The position numbers and the translations under genes are program-made. A stretch of DNA of 64,000 nt from Cenarchaeum sp. (GTDB lineage Archaea > Thermoproteota > Nitrososphaeria > Nitrososphaerales > Nitrosopumilaceae), in contig OZ242221.1 in NCBI GenBank assembly GCA_965206845.1, forward strand, positions 1,472,001 to 1,536,000, given 5' to 3'. The notes beneath the pieces were generated by a model. It saw only the letters and a list, made by a program, of their open reading frames with translations. It did not search any database and was not told the DNA's origin. Positions 19,916 to 30,755 of the stretch are shown in pieces. Each line of letters begins with the position of its first letter. Positions within the stretch are counted from its first letter, which is position 1.

Positions 19916-20596
19916 ATGGGACAGGGCAACCTGGCATCGAGACGTTGGGATGCCGAGTATGGGGGTGGCCGGTATGCAAACGAGGAGCCGGTCAATTTCG
20001 TCAAAACCATCATGTCGGCGCTTGAAGTGTCCGGACGATCCCTCCGCGGACTGTATGTGGGGTGCGGCAACGGCCGAAACTACGTGCCCCTGGCAGGCTC
20101 TGGCCTGAACATTCTGGGAATAGACATCTCCGCAGCGGCCATCGGTGATCTGTCAAGGAGGCATCCCTCACTCTCAGGCAAGCTGCTTTGCAAAAGCCTG
20201 GCAGACTTTGAGCCCCGCGGGTTGTTTGACTATGTAGTTGCCATACAGGTGTTCCAGCATGGCGCCGAGTCCGATGTATCGAGACATTTTGACAGTGTCT
20301 CGTGCCTGCTAAAAGCAGGCAGCCTGCTGTTTCTTAGGGTAAACTCCGCATCCACCGAAATCTGTCTCCGGCATACCGTGGTTGAGAAAAACATGCACGG
20401 CGGATTCACAGTCCGCTATGAAGAGGGACCAAAAAAGGGCCTCGACATACACTTTTTTTCGCAGGCGGAGCTGGAGGCGCATCTTTTGCGCAGAAACTTT
20501 GAGCTTGTGTCGGGGCCAAGCGAGGATTCGGTCTTGCGGGCTCCTCCAAAGACCGGCACCTGGTCACAGTGGGAAGCAGTGTCTAGGAAAAACTAG
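19916..20596 (+). CDS. Class I SAM-dependent methyltransferase
   Basis: LYVGCGNGRN, GIDIS and FDYVVAIQVFQH motifs. Confidence 0.85.
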   Translation: MGQGNLASRRWDAEYGGGRYANEEPVNFVKTIMSALEVSGRSLRGLYVGCGNGRNYVPLAGSGLNILGIDISAAAIGDLSRRHPSLSGKLLCKSLADFEPRGLFDYVVAIQVFQHGAESDVSRHFDSVSCLLKAGSLLFLRVNSASTEICLRHTVVEKNMHGGFTVRYEEGPKKGLDIHFFSQAELEAHLLRRNFELVSGPSEDSVLRAPPKTGTWSQWEAVSRKN

Positions 20597-21254
20597 GTAC
20601 GGCGTGTGCTCTATTTGGGCGCGGATTTGCACATCATGGCGGATCCCAGAGTCCAGCTCGGTGCAGCAGGCAGCCCCGCATCGAAGACCCGGGGAGGATG
20701 CCACGTGGAGATGTAGGGCCGCCTTCCGGACTCTGCCCTGCCGCCACGGCAGGTTCCCCCTGCGGGCGCAAGTGATGGATCAGGCCGTTCCAGCTACGCG
20801 CCTGCATATCCTGTCTCCTCACATATGGGAAGTCGGATCCCATTCGGACTGCCCGGTCCCGGGGAGGCTCCATCCCAGAATGCGGCCCATGCTGATCCGA
20901 AGCCCTACGTACCTAGCATGATTGCCGTTGGTGCAGGCGGCACTGGGAGTAAGGGATCCGCCATCGGCAGCGCCCCGGAGGTGCAGCCCACGGACGGCCC
21001 CGAAGATCCGCAAGGGTTCTAGGACAGACCGCGCAGGCCGTCCGGGATTTTGGACACTGCATGCGGTATCCGCCGTCTGGACACTGCAGTTGCGCCGCAG
21101 GCCCCTGCATGCCTTGTATGGGGCGGGGATCGCATGGCCGGAGGAGACCTGCGGGTTACGGCGCGCAAATGGCATGGGGTTGGAAATAATTTTGAGCAAC
21201 TGTATAAAGGAATTAAGCTCTTGATCTTACCTAACAATCGGGCAAGATCATCCG

Positions 21255-22406
21255 ATGATGTCCGAGAATAAGCTACATGTAAGTCTGGAGGAGTTTGGAC
21301 TGAGCAAGTACGAGTCAAGGGCATATGTGGCCCTGATGTCGATGGGCACCGTCTCGGCCAGCGAGCTTGCATACTATGCCGAGATTCCAAGGCCCAAGGT
21401 GTATCCGACCCTGCTAAAGCTGGCGAAGAAGAAGCTGGTGGTGACCTCAAAGAGCAAGCCCATAACCTGCACCGCCACCTCTCCGGAGGATGCCTTTGAC
21501 GGCATCATCAATGATCAGATAAACAAGGTAAACGCAATGAACTCCCTGGTGTCTGATCTGAAGAGGATCAGCGAGGAGAACAAAAAGTCCCGTGGATCAG
21601 AGGAGGGCAGGTACTCCTACCTGTCTGCGCGCGGCGTGCTGATCCGCTTGAGAGAGATGATCCAGAGGGCAAGATCCTCCATCTGGATAATGGTGGATCA
21701 GTCGGGCCTGGGGCTTTTGTCAGAGTGCAGGGAGGAGATCCTGTCCGCCCTGCGGAGGGACATGGATGTGAGGATGGTCATCCCCCCGGAGCTTGCGGGT
21801 TCGGACTCGCTTCGCGCCATACCGGGCGGCCTCGGCATTCGCATCTCGGAGATATCCCAGAACTGCATCATGTTTGACGAGGTGGAGACGTTTATGGTGA
21901 ATAGCGACACCGGAAAGGGGGCGATCTTCTCCACCGACGTCTTGGCATCTGGCCAGAAGCGAATGTTCTCCCACGTGTGGGAGAGGGCGGCAGATGTCAG
22001 CAGCATGTCTGACCTGAAGAAGTCCGAGATGCAGGAGATCTGTAGGATGATCAGGCTGGTCAGCGAGGATGCACTCTGCTACCTGCTGGGCTCCCGCATG
22101 GTTGCAGGGGATCACAGCAGGGGGCTGCTGGATATGATGGAGGCAAACGGCATAAGGCTGAGATCCAAGACCTTGGAGGAGGTCACCGGCACCGTGGACT
22201 CGATACTGCATATGGCCTGCCGCGGACACGCGGATCTTAACGATAAGAGCCGCGCCATAACGGTGGAATCGGGAGTAAGCGGCTGGCACTCGCTGCCGTG
22301 GGTTGCCATACTGGAGGAGTACCTGCACAGCTGCGGCCATAAAACCAGGATCGCGTACCGAGACAACCCGCAGAAGGGCGAGCGTGTCTACATCAAGATC
22401 TTCTGA
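21255..22406 (+). CDS. TrmB family transcriptional regulator
   Basis: FGLSKYESRAYVAL...ASELA...IPRPKVY plus a PLD-like effector domain. Confidence 0.9.
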   Translation: MMSENKLHVSLEEFGLSKYESRAYVALMSMGTVSASELAYYAEIPRPKVYPTLLKLAKKKLVVTSKSKPITCTATSPEDAFDGIINDQINKVNAMNSLVSDLKRISEENKKSRGSEEGRYSYLSARGVLIRLREMIQRARSSIWIMVDQSGLGLLSECREEILSALRRDMDVRMVIPPELAGSDSLRAIPGGLGIRISEISQNCIMFDEVETFMVNSDTGKGAIFSTDVLASGQKRMFSHVWERAADVSSMSDLKKSEMQEICRMIRLVSEDALCYLLGSRMVAGDHSRGLLDMMEANGIRLRSKTLEEVTGTVDSILHMACRGHADLNDKSRAITVESGVSGWHSLPWVAILEEYLHSCGHKTRIAYRDNPQKGERVYIKIF

Positions 22407-22512
22407 TGAACAGGATCGTGCGCCGCAGGCAGGTGCCGGCCAGGCTGCACCTGGGCGATGCCGTTGCAGGCTCGGATCCCGCAGGCGACCGTAAACTAAA
22501 AATCATCATCCA

Positions 22513-23007
22513 TTGCCCGAACCCTCCGTGGGGGCAATAGGTAGGCTGAAGGAGATGGGGATAGTCCTGCCGGAACCGCCAAAGCCCGCCGGGTACTATG
22601 TGCCGGTGAGAATCACACATCCGGACGGGGGCACGGCCTACGTCTCAGGGCAGATTCCGGTACGCGACGGCAGGGTCGTATTCGCAGGGAGTGTGTCTGA
22701 TGGGAACATCGACGAGGCAAGGGACTCGGCAAGGCTCTGCCTGCTCAACGTGCTGGCGCAGCTGAGGGGGGAGATGCGCCGCCGGAACCTGGATCTGGAC
22801 GATGTGGCGGGGTTTAGCATGCTGTCCGGGTTTGTAAGCTCTGATCCGGAGTTTCACAACCACCACAAGGTGATGGACGCGGCATCGGAGCTTCTCTCTG
22901 ACATATTCGGGGATCGCGGGTGCCACTCGCGGATCGCAGTGGGCGTCTCCTGCCTGCCGCTGAACTCGATGACGGAGATCAGCGCGGTGGCGGAGATCTC
23001 TTTGTAG
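22513..23007 (+). CDS. RidA/YjgF family protein
   Basis: PPKPAGYYVP, YVSGQIP and HSRIAVGVSCLPLN motifs. Confidence 0.9.
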   Translation: MPEPSVGAIGRLKEMGIVLPEPPKPAGYYVPVRITHPDGGTAYVSGQIPVRDGRVVFAGSVSDGNIDEARDSARLCLLNVLAQLRGEMRRRNLDLDDVAGFSMLSGFVSSDPEFHNHHKVMDAASELLSDIFGDRGCHSRIAVGVSCLPLNSMTEISAVAEISL

Positions 23008-23108
23008 CTATGTCTCTGGCAGAGTGCCACGCTTGGATCCGTGCATGGTTCCCCGTCCGGCAGTGCGTATGGTGCCGCATGTGACATACTTATAGTCGAG
23101 ATCTGCCA

Positions 23109-24143
23109 ATGCCGCATATGAATACCGCAGCCGTCTCAAAGCCCTCGGTAGTTGAGGTGGGCCAGCAGAAGAGCCCCGTGATGGGCCCAGAGGACATTCT
23201 CGTGGAGATGCAGGCCTGCGGCATCTGCGGCTCGGATGTTGAGAAGGTCTTTGGCCAATACGGGCAGCCCTCCCGGAGGCTGGGACACGAGCCGGCAGGG
23301 ATCATCAAGGCCGCAGGCGGGAAGGTGACGGGGTTTGCCGTGGGGGACAGGGTGTTTGCGCACCATCACGTCCCGTGCTACTCGTGCCACTACTGCAGCC
23401 ACGGCAACGAGACCATGTGCCCAAAGTACTACGAGTCGAACCTCCTTCCGTGCGGCCTGTCAGAGGAGTTCGTGGTGCAGGGATGGAATGTTGAGCGCGG
23501 AGGTGTGCTCAAGCTCCCTGACTCGGTGGGGTTTGAGGCGGCTACGATGATCGAGCCCCTGGCCTGTTGCATACGATCCTGGAAGAAGATCCCCCACCAG
23601 GCAGGCGACTCGGTGGCCGTGTACGGCGTGGGCCCCACGGGAATGATGCACATAATGCTGGCAGAGTCGTACGGCCTTGACAAGATATTCTGCCTTGACG
23701 TAAACCAGTTTCGGCTCGACTTTGCAAAAAAGTTCCACGTCACAGATGCCATACACTCTGCCGATCTGCACAAGAGAGAGAAGATCATGTCTGTTACGGG
23801 TCGGGGCGTTGATGTGGCCGTGGTGGCCACCGGAAACCTTGCCGCGCTGCAGGACGCCATCGGGTCAGTCAGAAAGGGCGGCACGATCATGATGTTCGGG
23901 GTTCCATCGGCAGGCGCCTCACTGAACCTGGATATGAGCTCCATATACTCCAGGGAGATCACGATGACCACCAGCTATGCCGCATCCGACGACGACACCC
24001 GCCTGGCTCTGGAGATGATCAGGGACTCGCAGGTGCCGGTGCAGGATCTCGTGACCCACAGGTACCGGCTGCAGGACTCGCAGAAGGCATTTGATCACGC
24101 GCGCACCGGCGCAGGCGCGATGAAGATCATAATCACGAGGTAA
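23109..24143 (+). CDS. Zn-dependent (medium-chain) alcohol dehydrogenase
   Basis: CGICGSD, GHE, CYSCHYC..C and GVGPTG motifs. Confidence 0.92.
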   Translation: MPHMNTAAVSKPSVVEVGQQKSPVMGPEDILVEMQACGICGSDVEKVFGQYGQPSRRLGHEPAGIIKAAGGKVTGFAVGDRVFAHHHVPCYSCHYCSHGNETMCPKYYESNLLPCGLSEEFVVQGWNVERGGVLKLPDSVGFEAATMIEPLACCIRSWKKIPHQAGDSVAVYGVGPTGMMHIMLAESYGLDKIFCLDVNQFRLDFAKKFHVTDAIHSADLHKREKIMSVTGRGVDVAVVATGNLAALQDAIGSVRKGGTIMMFGVPSAGASLNLDMSSIYSREITMTTSYAASDDDTRLALEMIRDSQVPVQDLVTHRYRLQDSQKAFDHARTGAGAMKIIITR

Positions 24144-24225
24144 TCCCAGTCTGCGGGCCGTCGCGGCTGCCCTGTGGTGCCGCAGCCGTTTTGCCCTGCC
24201 GGAGATAGGAATCCTTAAGAGAGGC

Positions 24226-25038
24226 ATGCGGGACGTAAACGCAGGACTGGACTGGGGACTGAAGAATCGCCTGGCCCGGATCATCAGGCCCGAGGATGGC
24301 CGAGCGCTAATGCTGGCAGTGGATCACGGATACTTTCTTGGCCCCACAGAGAAGCTGGAGAATCCCGAGGCTGCAATACGGCCGCTGGTCAAATACTGCG
24401 ACTCGCTGATGCTGACCCGCGGGGTGCAGCGGGCATCGGTTGATGCCAGCTACCCTATACCAATAGTGCTTCGCATGTCCGGCGGAACAAGCATCATCGG
24501 CGACGACCTCTCAAAGGAGGATATCACCGTGAGCACAAAGGACGCGCTGCGCCTCAACGCGTCTGCGCTGGCAATGTCGATATTTGTGGGCTCAAAGTAC
24601 GAGTACCAGACCGTGGTCAACTTGGGCAAGTTGGTAAACGAGGCCGAGGAGTACGGGCTTCCCGTTCTGGCAGTCACCGCCGTGGGCAAGGAGCTGGGAA
24701 AGGATGCCCGGTATCTCTCGCTGGCGTGCAGGATTGCAGCCGAGCAGGGGGCGCACATCGTAAAGACGTACTACTGTGAGAACTTTGAGAGGGTGGTCGA
24801 CTCGTGTCCTGTGCCGGTCATCATCGCCGGCGGGAAAAAGATCCCAGAGCGCGACGCGCTGCAGCTTACATACGACGCGATAAACGCCGGGGCCGTAGGA
24901 GTTGACATGGGCAGAAACATCTGGCAGTCCGAGAACCCCGTACCCATGATAAGGGCGGTCCGCACCATCGTGCATGAGGGATCAAGCCCCGATGCCGCAT
25001 ACGATCTCTACCTGCGCCTCTGCCGGGACGGGCAGTGA
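24226..25038 (+). CDS. lsrF: LsrF-like class I aldolase/thiolase
   Basis: DWGLKNRL, LAVDHGYFLGPT, VKTYY, IAGGKK and GVDMGRNIWQS motifs. Confidence 0.8.
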   Translation: MRDVNAGLDWGLKNRLARIIRPEDGRALMLAVDHGYFLGPTEKLENPEAAIRPLVKYCDSLMLTRGVQRASVDASYPIPIVLRMSGGTSIIGDDLSKEDITVSTKDALRLNASALAMSIFVGSKYEYQTVVNLGKLVNEAEEYGLPVLAVTAVGKELGKDARYLSLACRIAAEQGAHIVKTYYCENFERVVDSCPVPVIIAGGKKIPERDALQLTYDAINAGAVGVDMGRNIWQSENPVPMIRAVRTIVHEGSSPDAAYDLYLRLCRDGQ

Positions 25039-25052
25039 GCCAGATACCAGTT

Positions 25053-25469
25053 TTACCTGGAAGTCCTTGAGAAGTGTATGTGCACTATTCTCCAGTCCGG
25101 CCTTTTTACCAGCACGAACGTGGCCCGACTCTCCATCACCATGTGCTCCCCCGTAAACGCCTTGTTGTCCACGAGCATGCCACTCTGCCGCAACCCAAAG
25201 GCCGCCACCGCCGTGTTTCCAAACACGCTTACGCTGGGATTCTTTATCTCGTAGTCGTAGTCCGATATGCTGACAAATCTCAGCTCTTGCAGGGCCACGC
25301 TCATTGCAAAGTCCTTCAGGTCATAGGGCGGCATGTCTGAAAAGCTGGAGAACTCCGGACAGTCAAGCTGGATCTTCCTTAGGTGCGCCAGATCCTTGGT
25401 CTTTCCTGCTTGGAAGAACGAATCAATCACCCCTACCACATCTCCCACGTCTGACAAAATCTCTGCCAT
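25053..25469 (-). CDS. NTF2/SnoaL-like protein
   Basis: RATFVLVK..DWRIVHIHFS C-terminal motif. Confidence 0.8.
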   Translation of the reverse strand: MAEILSDVGDVVGVIDSFFQAGKTKDLAHLRKIQLDCPEFSSFSDMPPYDLKDFAMSVALQELRFVSISDYDYEIKNPSVSVFGNTAVAAFGLRQSGMLVDNKAFTGEHMVMESRATFVLVKRPDWRIVHIHFSRTSR

Positions 25470-25509
25470 ACCTGTTCCGCTTATCGGTTTAAAGTCTTGT
25501 GAACACGAA

Positions 25510-25589
25510 GGCTGTGTCCTACGGACATATGTGAACTGGAATTGGTTCTGTCGATCTGGCGCGTTTGGCTATGTTTGTAGGACACGGCT
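25510..25589. mobile_element. MITE family B (80 bp), 9-bp TSD GAACACGAA
   Basis: TIRs GGCTGTGTCCTAC / GTAGGACACGGCT; perfect flanking direct repeat. Confidence 0.93.
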
Positions 25590-25908
25590 GAACACGAACC
25601 TGCGCAGCTGAAGGGGGCACTGTCGCGTGCAGATCTGGCGCCGTGTGCGGGACGCCATGGCGCAGGGTGGATCATGGGAGAAGCTCCGAGCGTGGTGCGC
25701 GGCAGCGGGCCAAAACCGCCGCCCCGATGCCGGTGGCCGGGGCGCATGTCTGCTCTGGCCGGCCTTTGGCAGACGATGCCACTGTTGAGATCATGTTTAA
25801 TAGTTGAATACCGTACCGTTACTACATGCAGAAACCGGTTCCAATTTTGATACTGGTAGTGTTGCGCTGATTATCTCTCACGTTAAAATAATGGCGAGAT
25901 GTTGTTTG

Positions 25909-27603
25909 ATGAGTATGGATGAGATGATTGGTGCAAGGGCCTTGATGGTCGCCATGGAGAAGGAAGGCGTCAAGGAGGTATTTGGCCTACCGGGGGGTGC
26001 GAACCTTCCGATATATGACGAGTTTGCCCGGTGCGACATACGGCACATTCTTGTGCGCCACGAGCAGTCCGCATCGCACATGGCAGACGGATTCGGCCGG
26101 GTCAGCAGAAAGCCTGGTGTGTGTTTTGCCACATCGGGACCCGGCGCCACAAACATTCTGACGGGAATGGCCACAGCGCAGGCAGACTCGGCGCCCATGG
26201 TGGCAGTAACGGGCCAGGTGCCTGTACCGATGATCGGGCGGGACGCATTCCAGGAGAGCGACATCATCGGAATGTCAAACCCCGTGGTCAAGTACGCGTT
26301 TCAGCCTAGGCTGCCCGAGGATGTTCCCATGGCCGTCCGGCAGGGATTCTTCATCGCCGAGTCGGGTAGGCCGGGGCCGGTTCTAATCGACATCCCAAAG
26401 GATGTGCAGCAGAACAAGGCCTCCATGACGTTTCCCGAGGAGTTCAAGATCCGGGGGTACCATCCATGGACGGATCCCGACATCGTCAATATATCCCGGG
26501 CCATAGAGATGCTGCTCTCGGCGGACAGGCCGGTGATCCTTGCGGGCGGAGGGGCGATAATCTCCTCTGCCTTTGCCGAGCTTCAGGCCATAGCCGAGAT
26601 GCTCATGATTCCGGTGGTTACCACGTTCAAGGGCAAGGGTGCCTTTCCGGAGAACCACCCCCTGTCTCTTGGGCCCATAGGAATGCACGGCCACGCCGAG
26701 GCAAACAAGATAATGATCGAGGCCGACTGTGTCATTGCCATAGGTACCAGGTTCTCAGACCGCTCCGTGGGAACCTTTGAAGAGTTTGAGAGGCGCCTGA
26801 AGATAATCCACATGGATGTGGATCCCGCAGAGATAGGCAAGAACCAGACCACGCAGGTGGCCGTAGTGGGCGATGTCCGCGCATCCCTTAGAATCATGCT
26901 CAAGATGCTTGCGACGAAGGCGCTCAGCCGATCCGAGGACAACGTGTGGCTCAAGCACGTAAAAGAGACAAAGACGTATTGGAAGGAGAACCTGAAGATC
27001 CACCCAGGCGAGATGGGCGCAGCAAAAATCCTCCGCAAGCTCCGGGAGGTGCTTCCGCCGGAGGCGGTGGTCACCACCGAGGTAGGGCAGCACCAGATGT
27101 GGGCATCGCTCTTCTTTGACGTGATACAGCCTGGAACCTTCTTCAGCTCCACGGGCCTCGGAACCATGGGATGGGGGTTCCCGGCGGCCATCGGCGCCAA
27201 GGTGGCCAAGCCGGGTGTGCCGGTGGTGGACATTGCCGGCGACGGAAGCTTCAGCATGACTGAGAACTCCCTTGCCACCTCCGTCCTAGAGGACATACCG
27301 GTAATCGTATTTCTCGTAAACAACTTCAGCCTCGGCATGGTCGCCCAGTGGCAGAGAACCTTTTACGACAGGAGGATGATCGGCGTGGATCAGTGCAAGT
27401 GCCCCGACTATGTCCGGCTGGCCGAGTCCTACGGCGCCCAGGGAATCCGCGCCCAGTCCATCGACGAGCTCGGAGACGCCATCAGGGTGGGGCTCAAGAG
27501 CGACGTCGCAACAGTCATCGATATTCCAATTGACCCCGAGGAGGACGTGCTGCCATTTGTGGCCCCGGGAACACCGCTCAAGGACATGATCCTTCCGTCG
27601 TGA
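25909..27603 (+). CDS. ilvB: Acetolactate synthase large subunit
   Basis: FGLPGGA, RHEQ, TSGPGATN and GDGSF (ThDP) motifs. Confidence 0.96.
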   Translation: MSMDEMIGARALMVAMEKEGVKEVFGLPGGANLPIYDEFARCDIRHILVRHEQSASHMADGFGRVSRKPGVCFATSGPGATNILTGMATAQADSAPMVAVTGQVPVPMIGRDAFQESDIIGMSNPVVKYAFQPRLPEDVPMAVRQGFFIAESGRPGPVLIDIPKDVQQNKASMTFPEEFKIRGYHPWTDPDIVNISRAIEMLLSADRPVILAGGGAIISSAFAELQAIAEMLMIPVVTTFKGKGAFPENHPLSLGPIGMHGHAEANKIMIEADCVIAIGTRFSDRSVGTFEEFERRLKIIHMDVDPAEIGKNQTTQVAVVGDVRASLRIMLKMLATKALSRSEDNVWLKHVKETKTYWKENLKIHPGEMGAAKILRKLREVLPPEAVVTTEVGQHQMWASLFFDVIQPGTFFSSTGLGTMGWGFPAAIGAKVAKPGVPVVDIAGDGSFSMTENSLATSVLEDIPVIVFLVNNFSLGMVAQWQRTFYDRRMIGVDQCKCPDYVRLAESYGAQGIRAQSIDELGDAIRVGLKSDVATVIDIPIDPEEDVLPFVAPGTPLKDMILPS

Positions 27604-27608
27604 CTGCA

Positions 27609-28091
27609 ATGTGGGCCATACTATCAATACTTGTTGAAAACAAGCCGGGAATTCTCTGGAAGGTCACCAACCTGTTTCGTTCCAGAAACTTCAACATAGA
27701 CAGCATATCGGTGGGGGTGACAGACAACCCCGAGTTCTCCAGGATGACCATAACCACCATAGGCGACGAAAAGCAGATCGCCCAGATAGTCAAGCAGCTT
27801 GACAAGCTCATAGATACCGTCGAGGTGAGGCAGCTGGACGAATCCAAGTCCGTATACCGGGAGATGTGCATCTTTAAAATCAAAGTCGGCAGCGCCAAGG
27901 ACAGCATGGAGATCAACACGATGGCTGCCGCCTACCATGGCAAAGTTCACGATGCGAAGAGCGACTCGATCATGGTGGAGCTGACCGCAACTCCGGACCA
28001 GATCAACGCCTTTGAGGAGCTGGTAAGGCACTTTGGGATAATCGAGGTGGCGCGCACCGGCGTCGCGGCGCTACAGAGGAGCGGCATATGA
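27609..28091 (+). CDS. ilvN: Acetolactate synthase small subunit
   Basis: LVENKPGIL..V..LF..RNFNIDS, KQLDKLID and EVARTG motifs. Confidence 0.95.
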   Translation: MWAILSILVENKPGILWKVTNLFRSRNFNIDSISVGVTDNPEFSRMTITTIGDEKQIAQIVKQLDKLIDTVEVRQLDESKSVYREMCIFKIKVGSAKDSMEINTMAAAYHGKVHDAKSDSIMVELTATPDQINAFEELVRHFGIIEVARTGVAALQRSGI

Positions 28092-29605
28092 GGGTAAGGA
28101 TATTTGATACCACGCTGCGGGACGGGGAACAGACCCCGGGCATATCCCTCTCCCCGGACCAGAAGCTGGCGATAGCAAAGAAGCTGGACGACTTGGGGGT
28201 CGACGCCATCGAGGCGGGGTTTCCGGTGATATCTGAGGGCGAACTCCGGGCGGTCAGCATGATCGCGGCCGAAGGCCTCTCGTGCGAGATCTGCGGCTTG
28301 GCGAGAACCAACAGAAAGGACATAGACGCAGCAGTCGACGCTGGCCTGGATTACGTCCACACGTTCATCGCCACATCGGACATACACCTAAAGTACAAGC
28401 TGAAGATGACCCGCCAGCAGGCAGTGGAGAGCGCAGTGGATGCCGTCAGCTATGCCAGATCCCGCGGACTCCAGGTGGAGTTCTCCGCCGAGGATGCCAC
28501 TAGGACGGATCGGGACTTTCTCGTGCATGTGTTCGGCCAGGTGGCACAGGCAGGCGCAAACAGGATAGACATACCAGATACCGTGGGCTACTCGACGCCC
28601 CAGTACATGGCAGACGTCACCCGGGACGCAATCGGGGCCACAAACCTTCCGGTCAGCGTCCACTGCCACAATGACTTTGGCCTGGCAGTGGCAAACGCGC
28701 TGTCGGGAATCATGGCAGGCGCCAAGTGCGCCCATGTGACCATAAACGGGATAGGCGAGAGGGCCGGCAACGCGTCCCTAGAGGAGCTGGTCATGGCGCT
28801 AAAGTGCCTCCAGAACGGGGAGACGTTTGAGACCGGGATCAAGACGCAGCTCCTCTACGAGACATCGGGGTTCGTCTCCAAGATAGCTGGCATCCGGGTC
28901 CAGCCCAACAAGGCTATCGTGGGCGAGAATGCCTTTGGCCACGAGTCTGGCATACACACCCACGGCGTTCTGAACAACCCGCTGACCTACGAGCCCATAA
29001 GCCCCGAGCTGGTGGGAAGAAAGCGGTGGCTACAGGTGGGCAAGCATGCGGGAATCCATGGCATGAACGCCATGCTGGAGGAGTACGGGATCAAGCCGGA
29101 CAGGGCGCAGGCAAAGGAGATACTGGACAGGGTAAAAGTGATAGGCGATCAGGGCAAGCAGGTCACCGATGTGGACCTGCTCTCAATTGCTAGCGGCGTG
29201 CTGGGCAGCCAAGGCGTCAGGAAGCTGGTCCGCCTGGTGGGGTTCTCGGTCTCCACGGGAATCGGGACGATGCCGTATGCCTTTGTCAAGCTGAACGTAG
29301 ACGGGCAGGAGTTATCTGCCACCGATTACGGCACGGGTCCCGTCAACGCATCGCTAAAGGCAATACAGAAGATTACCGACAGGGTGTCTGAGATACGCAT
29401 TGCGGACTACCGCCTGGCATCCATCTCCGGGGGCTCTGATGCGCTCTGCGAGGTGACCATACGCGTGGAGGACGGCGCGGGAGACAGCGTGTCTGCCAGA
29501 TCCGTGGGTTCGGACATTGTGACTACCAGCATGCAAGCAGTAATCACCGGGATGAACAGGCTCATGCTCAAGGGGTCGCTAAAAGGCGGACGGCAGGTTC
29601 GGTAG
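28088..29605 (+). CDS. leuA: 2-isopropylmalate/citramalate synthase
   Basis: DTTLRDGEQ, HCHNDFG, GIGERAGN and HESGIH motifs; leuA versus cimA cannot be resolved. Confidence 0.85.
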   Translation: MRVRIFDTTLRDGEQTPGISLSPDQKLAIAKKLDDLGVDAIEAGFPVISEGELRAVSMIAAEGLSCEICGLARTNRKDIDAAVDAGLDYVHTFIATSDIHLKYKLKMTRQQAVESAVDAVSYARSRGLQVEFSAEDATRTDRDFLVHVFGQVAQAGANRIDIPDTVGYSTPQYMADVTRDAIGATNLPVSVHCHNDFGLAVANALSGIMAGAKCAHVTINGIGERAGNASLEELVMALKCLQNGETFETGIKTQLLYETSGFVSKIAGIRVQPNKAIVGENAFGHESGIHTHGVLNNPLTYEPISPELVGRKRWLQVGKHAGIHGMNAMLEEYGIKPDRAQAKEILDRVKVIGDQGKQVTDVDLLSIASGVLGSQGVRKLVRLVGFSVSTGIGTMPYAFVKLNVDGQELSATDYGTGPVNASLKAIQKITDRVSEIRIADYRLASISGGSDALCEVTIRVEDGAGDSVSARSVGSDIVTTSMQAVITGMNRLMLKGSLKGGRQVR

Positions 29606-29613
29606 ATCCTGCC

Positions 29614-30639
29614 ATGTACAGAATATCGCTTGTTACCGGCGACGGGATAGGCCCGGAGCTCTCCGAGGCTGCCTGCATGGTGCTGGATGCAATAAACGAC
29701 AGGCTGGGCCTGGGGCTGGAGGTGACGCGGCTGCAGGCAGGCGATGCGGCGCTGGCCGACACCGGCAGGGCGCTACCCGAGGACACCCTGAACGCAATCA
29801 GGAGCTCCGACGCATGCCTCAAGGCTCCCGTGGGCGAGTCCGCGGCGGACGTGATTGTGGCGCTGCGCCAGATGCTGGATCTCTACGCCAACGTGCGGCC
29901 GGCAAAATCGTATCCCGGCCTGCCCGCCCTGCGGGACGACATCGACCTGGTCATAGTCCGGGAGAACACCGAGGATCTCTACACCGGACGAGAGTTTGAG
30001 ATTGACGGGGCTGCAGTGGCCCTCCGCATCATATCCGTTGCCGCCTCAAGGAGGATAGCCGAATACGCATTTCAGACCGCAATGCACAGGGACGGTGCCA
30101 GAACCGTCACCTGCGTGCACAAGTCAAACGTAATGCGGGTTACCGACGGCATCTTCTCTGACGCATGCGTGCAGGTGGCCAGGGACTATCCGGACGTGCG
30201 CTTGGAGCAGATGTACGTGGATGCATGCGCCATGAATCTGATCCGCCAGCCGGAGAAGTTTGACGTCATAGTGACCACCAACCTCTTTGGTGACATCCTC
30301 TCAGACGAGTCCTCGCAGGTGGCAGGGGGGCTTGGCATGGCTCCGGCCGCAAACATCGGAGACGACTTTGCCCTCTTTGAGCCCGTGCACGGAGCCGCCT
30401 TTGACATCGCCGGAAAGGGCATTGCAAACCCGTCGTCGTTCATCCTGTCGGCCAGGATGATGCTGGACTGGCTGGCCAGACGGCACGGCGACCGTGGGTG
30501 CTCTGATGCTGCGGCGAGCTTGGAGCGCGCCGTGCTTGGCGTCATAGGCCGCGGCATCCGGACCAAGGATGTGGGGGGGGACAGGACCACAATGGAGTTT
30601 GCTCGGGAGGTGGCGTCCCGGATCGAGGGCACCGCCTGA
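29614..30639 (+). CDS. leuB: 3-isopropylmalate dehydrogenase
   Basis: GDGIGPE, RENTED, NLFGDILSD and EPVHG motifs; ilv/leu context. Confidence 0.88.
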   Translation: MYRISLVTGDGIGPELSEAACMVLDAINDRLGLGLEVTRLQAGDAALADTGRALPEDTLNAIRSSDACLKAPVGESAADVIVALRQMLDLYANVRPAKSYPGLPALRDDIDLVIVRENTEDLYTGREFEIDGAAVALRIISVAASRRIAEYAFQTAMHRDGARTVTCVHKSNVMRVTDGIFSDACVQVARDYPDVRLEQMYVDACAMNLIRQPEKFDVIVTTNLFGDILSDESSQVAGGLGMAPAANIGDDFALFEPVHGAAFDIAGKGIANPSSFILSARMMLDWLARRHGDRGCSDAAASLERAVLGVIGRGIRTKDVGGDRTTMEFAREVASRIEGTA

Positions 30640-30755
30640 GATCCAGATGGTGCTTGCTGCTGCAGTACATGCTACCTGCCGCATCGTGCCGGGAGCAAAG
30701 GCCCTGCTGAGGAATGTGTACTTCCGTACCGCAATGTTATGGATCCACACTGCGC

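Noticed and set aside
20597-21250. GC-rich gap with short ORFs (GAGGTGS motif, TGGACACTGCA repeated twice)
   Set aside because: No coherent reading frame or RNA structure; probably decayed sequence.
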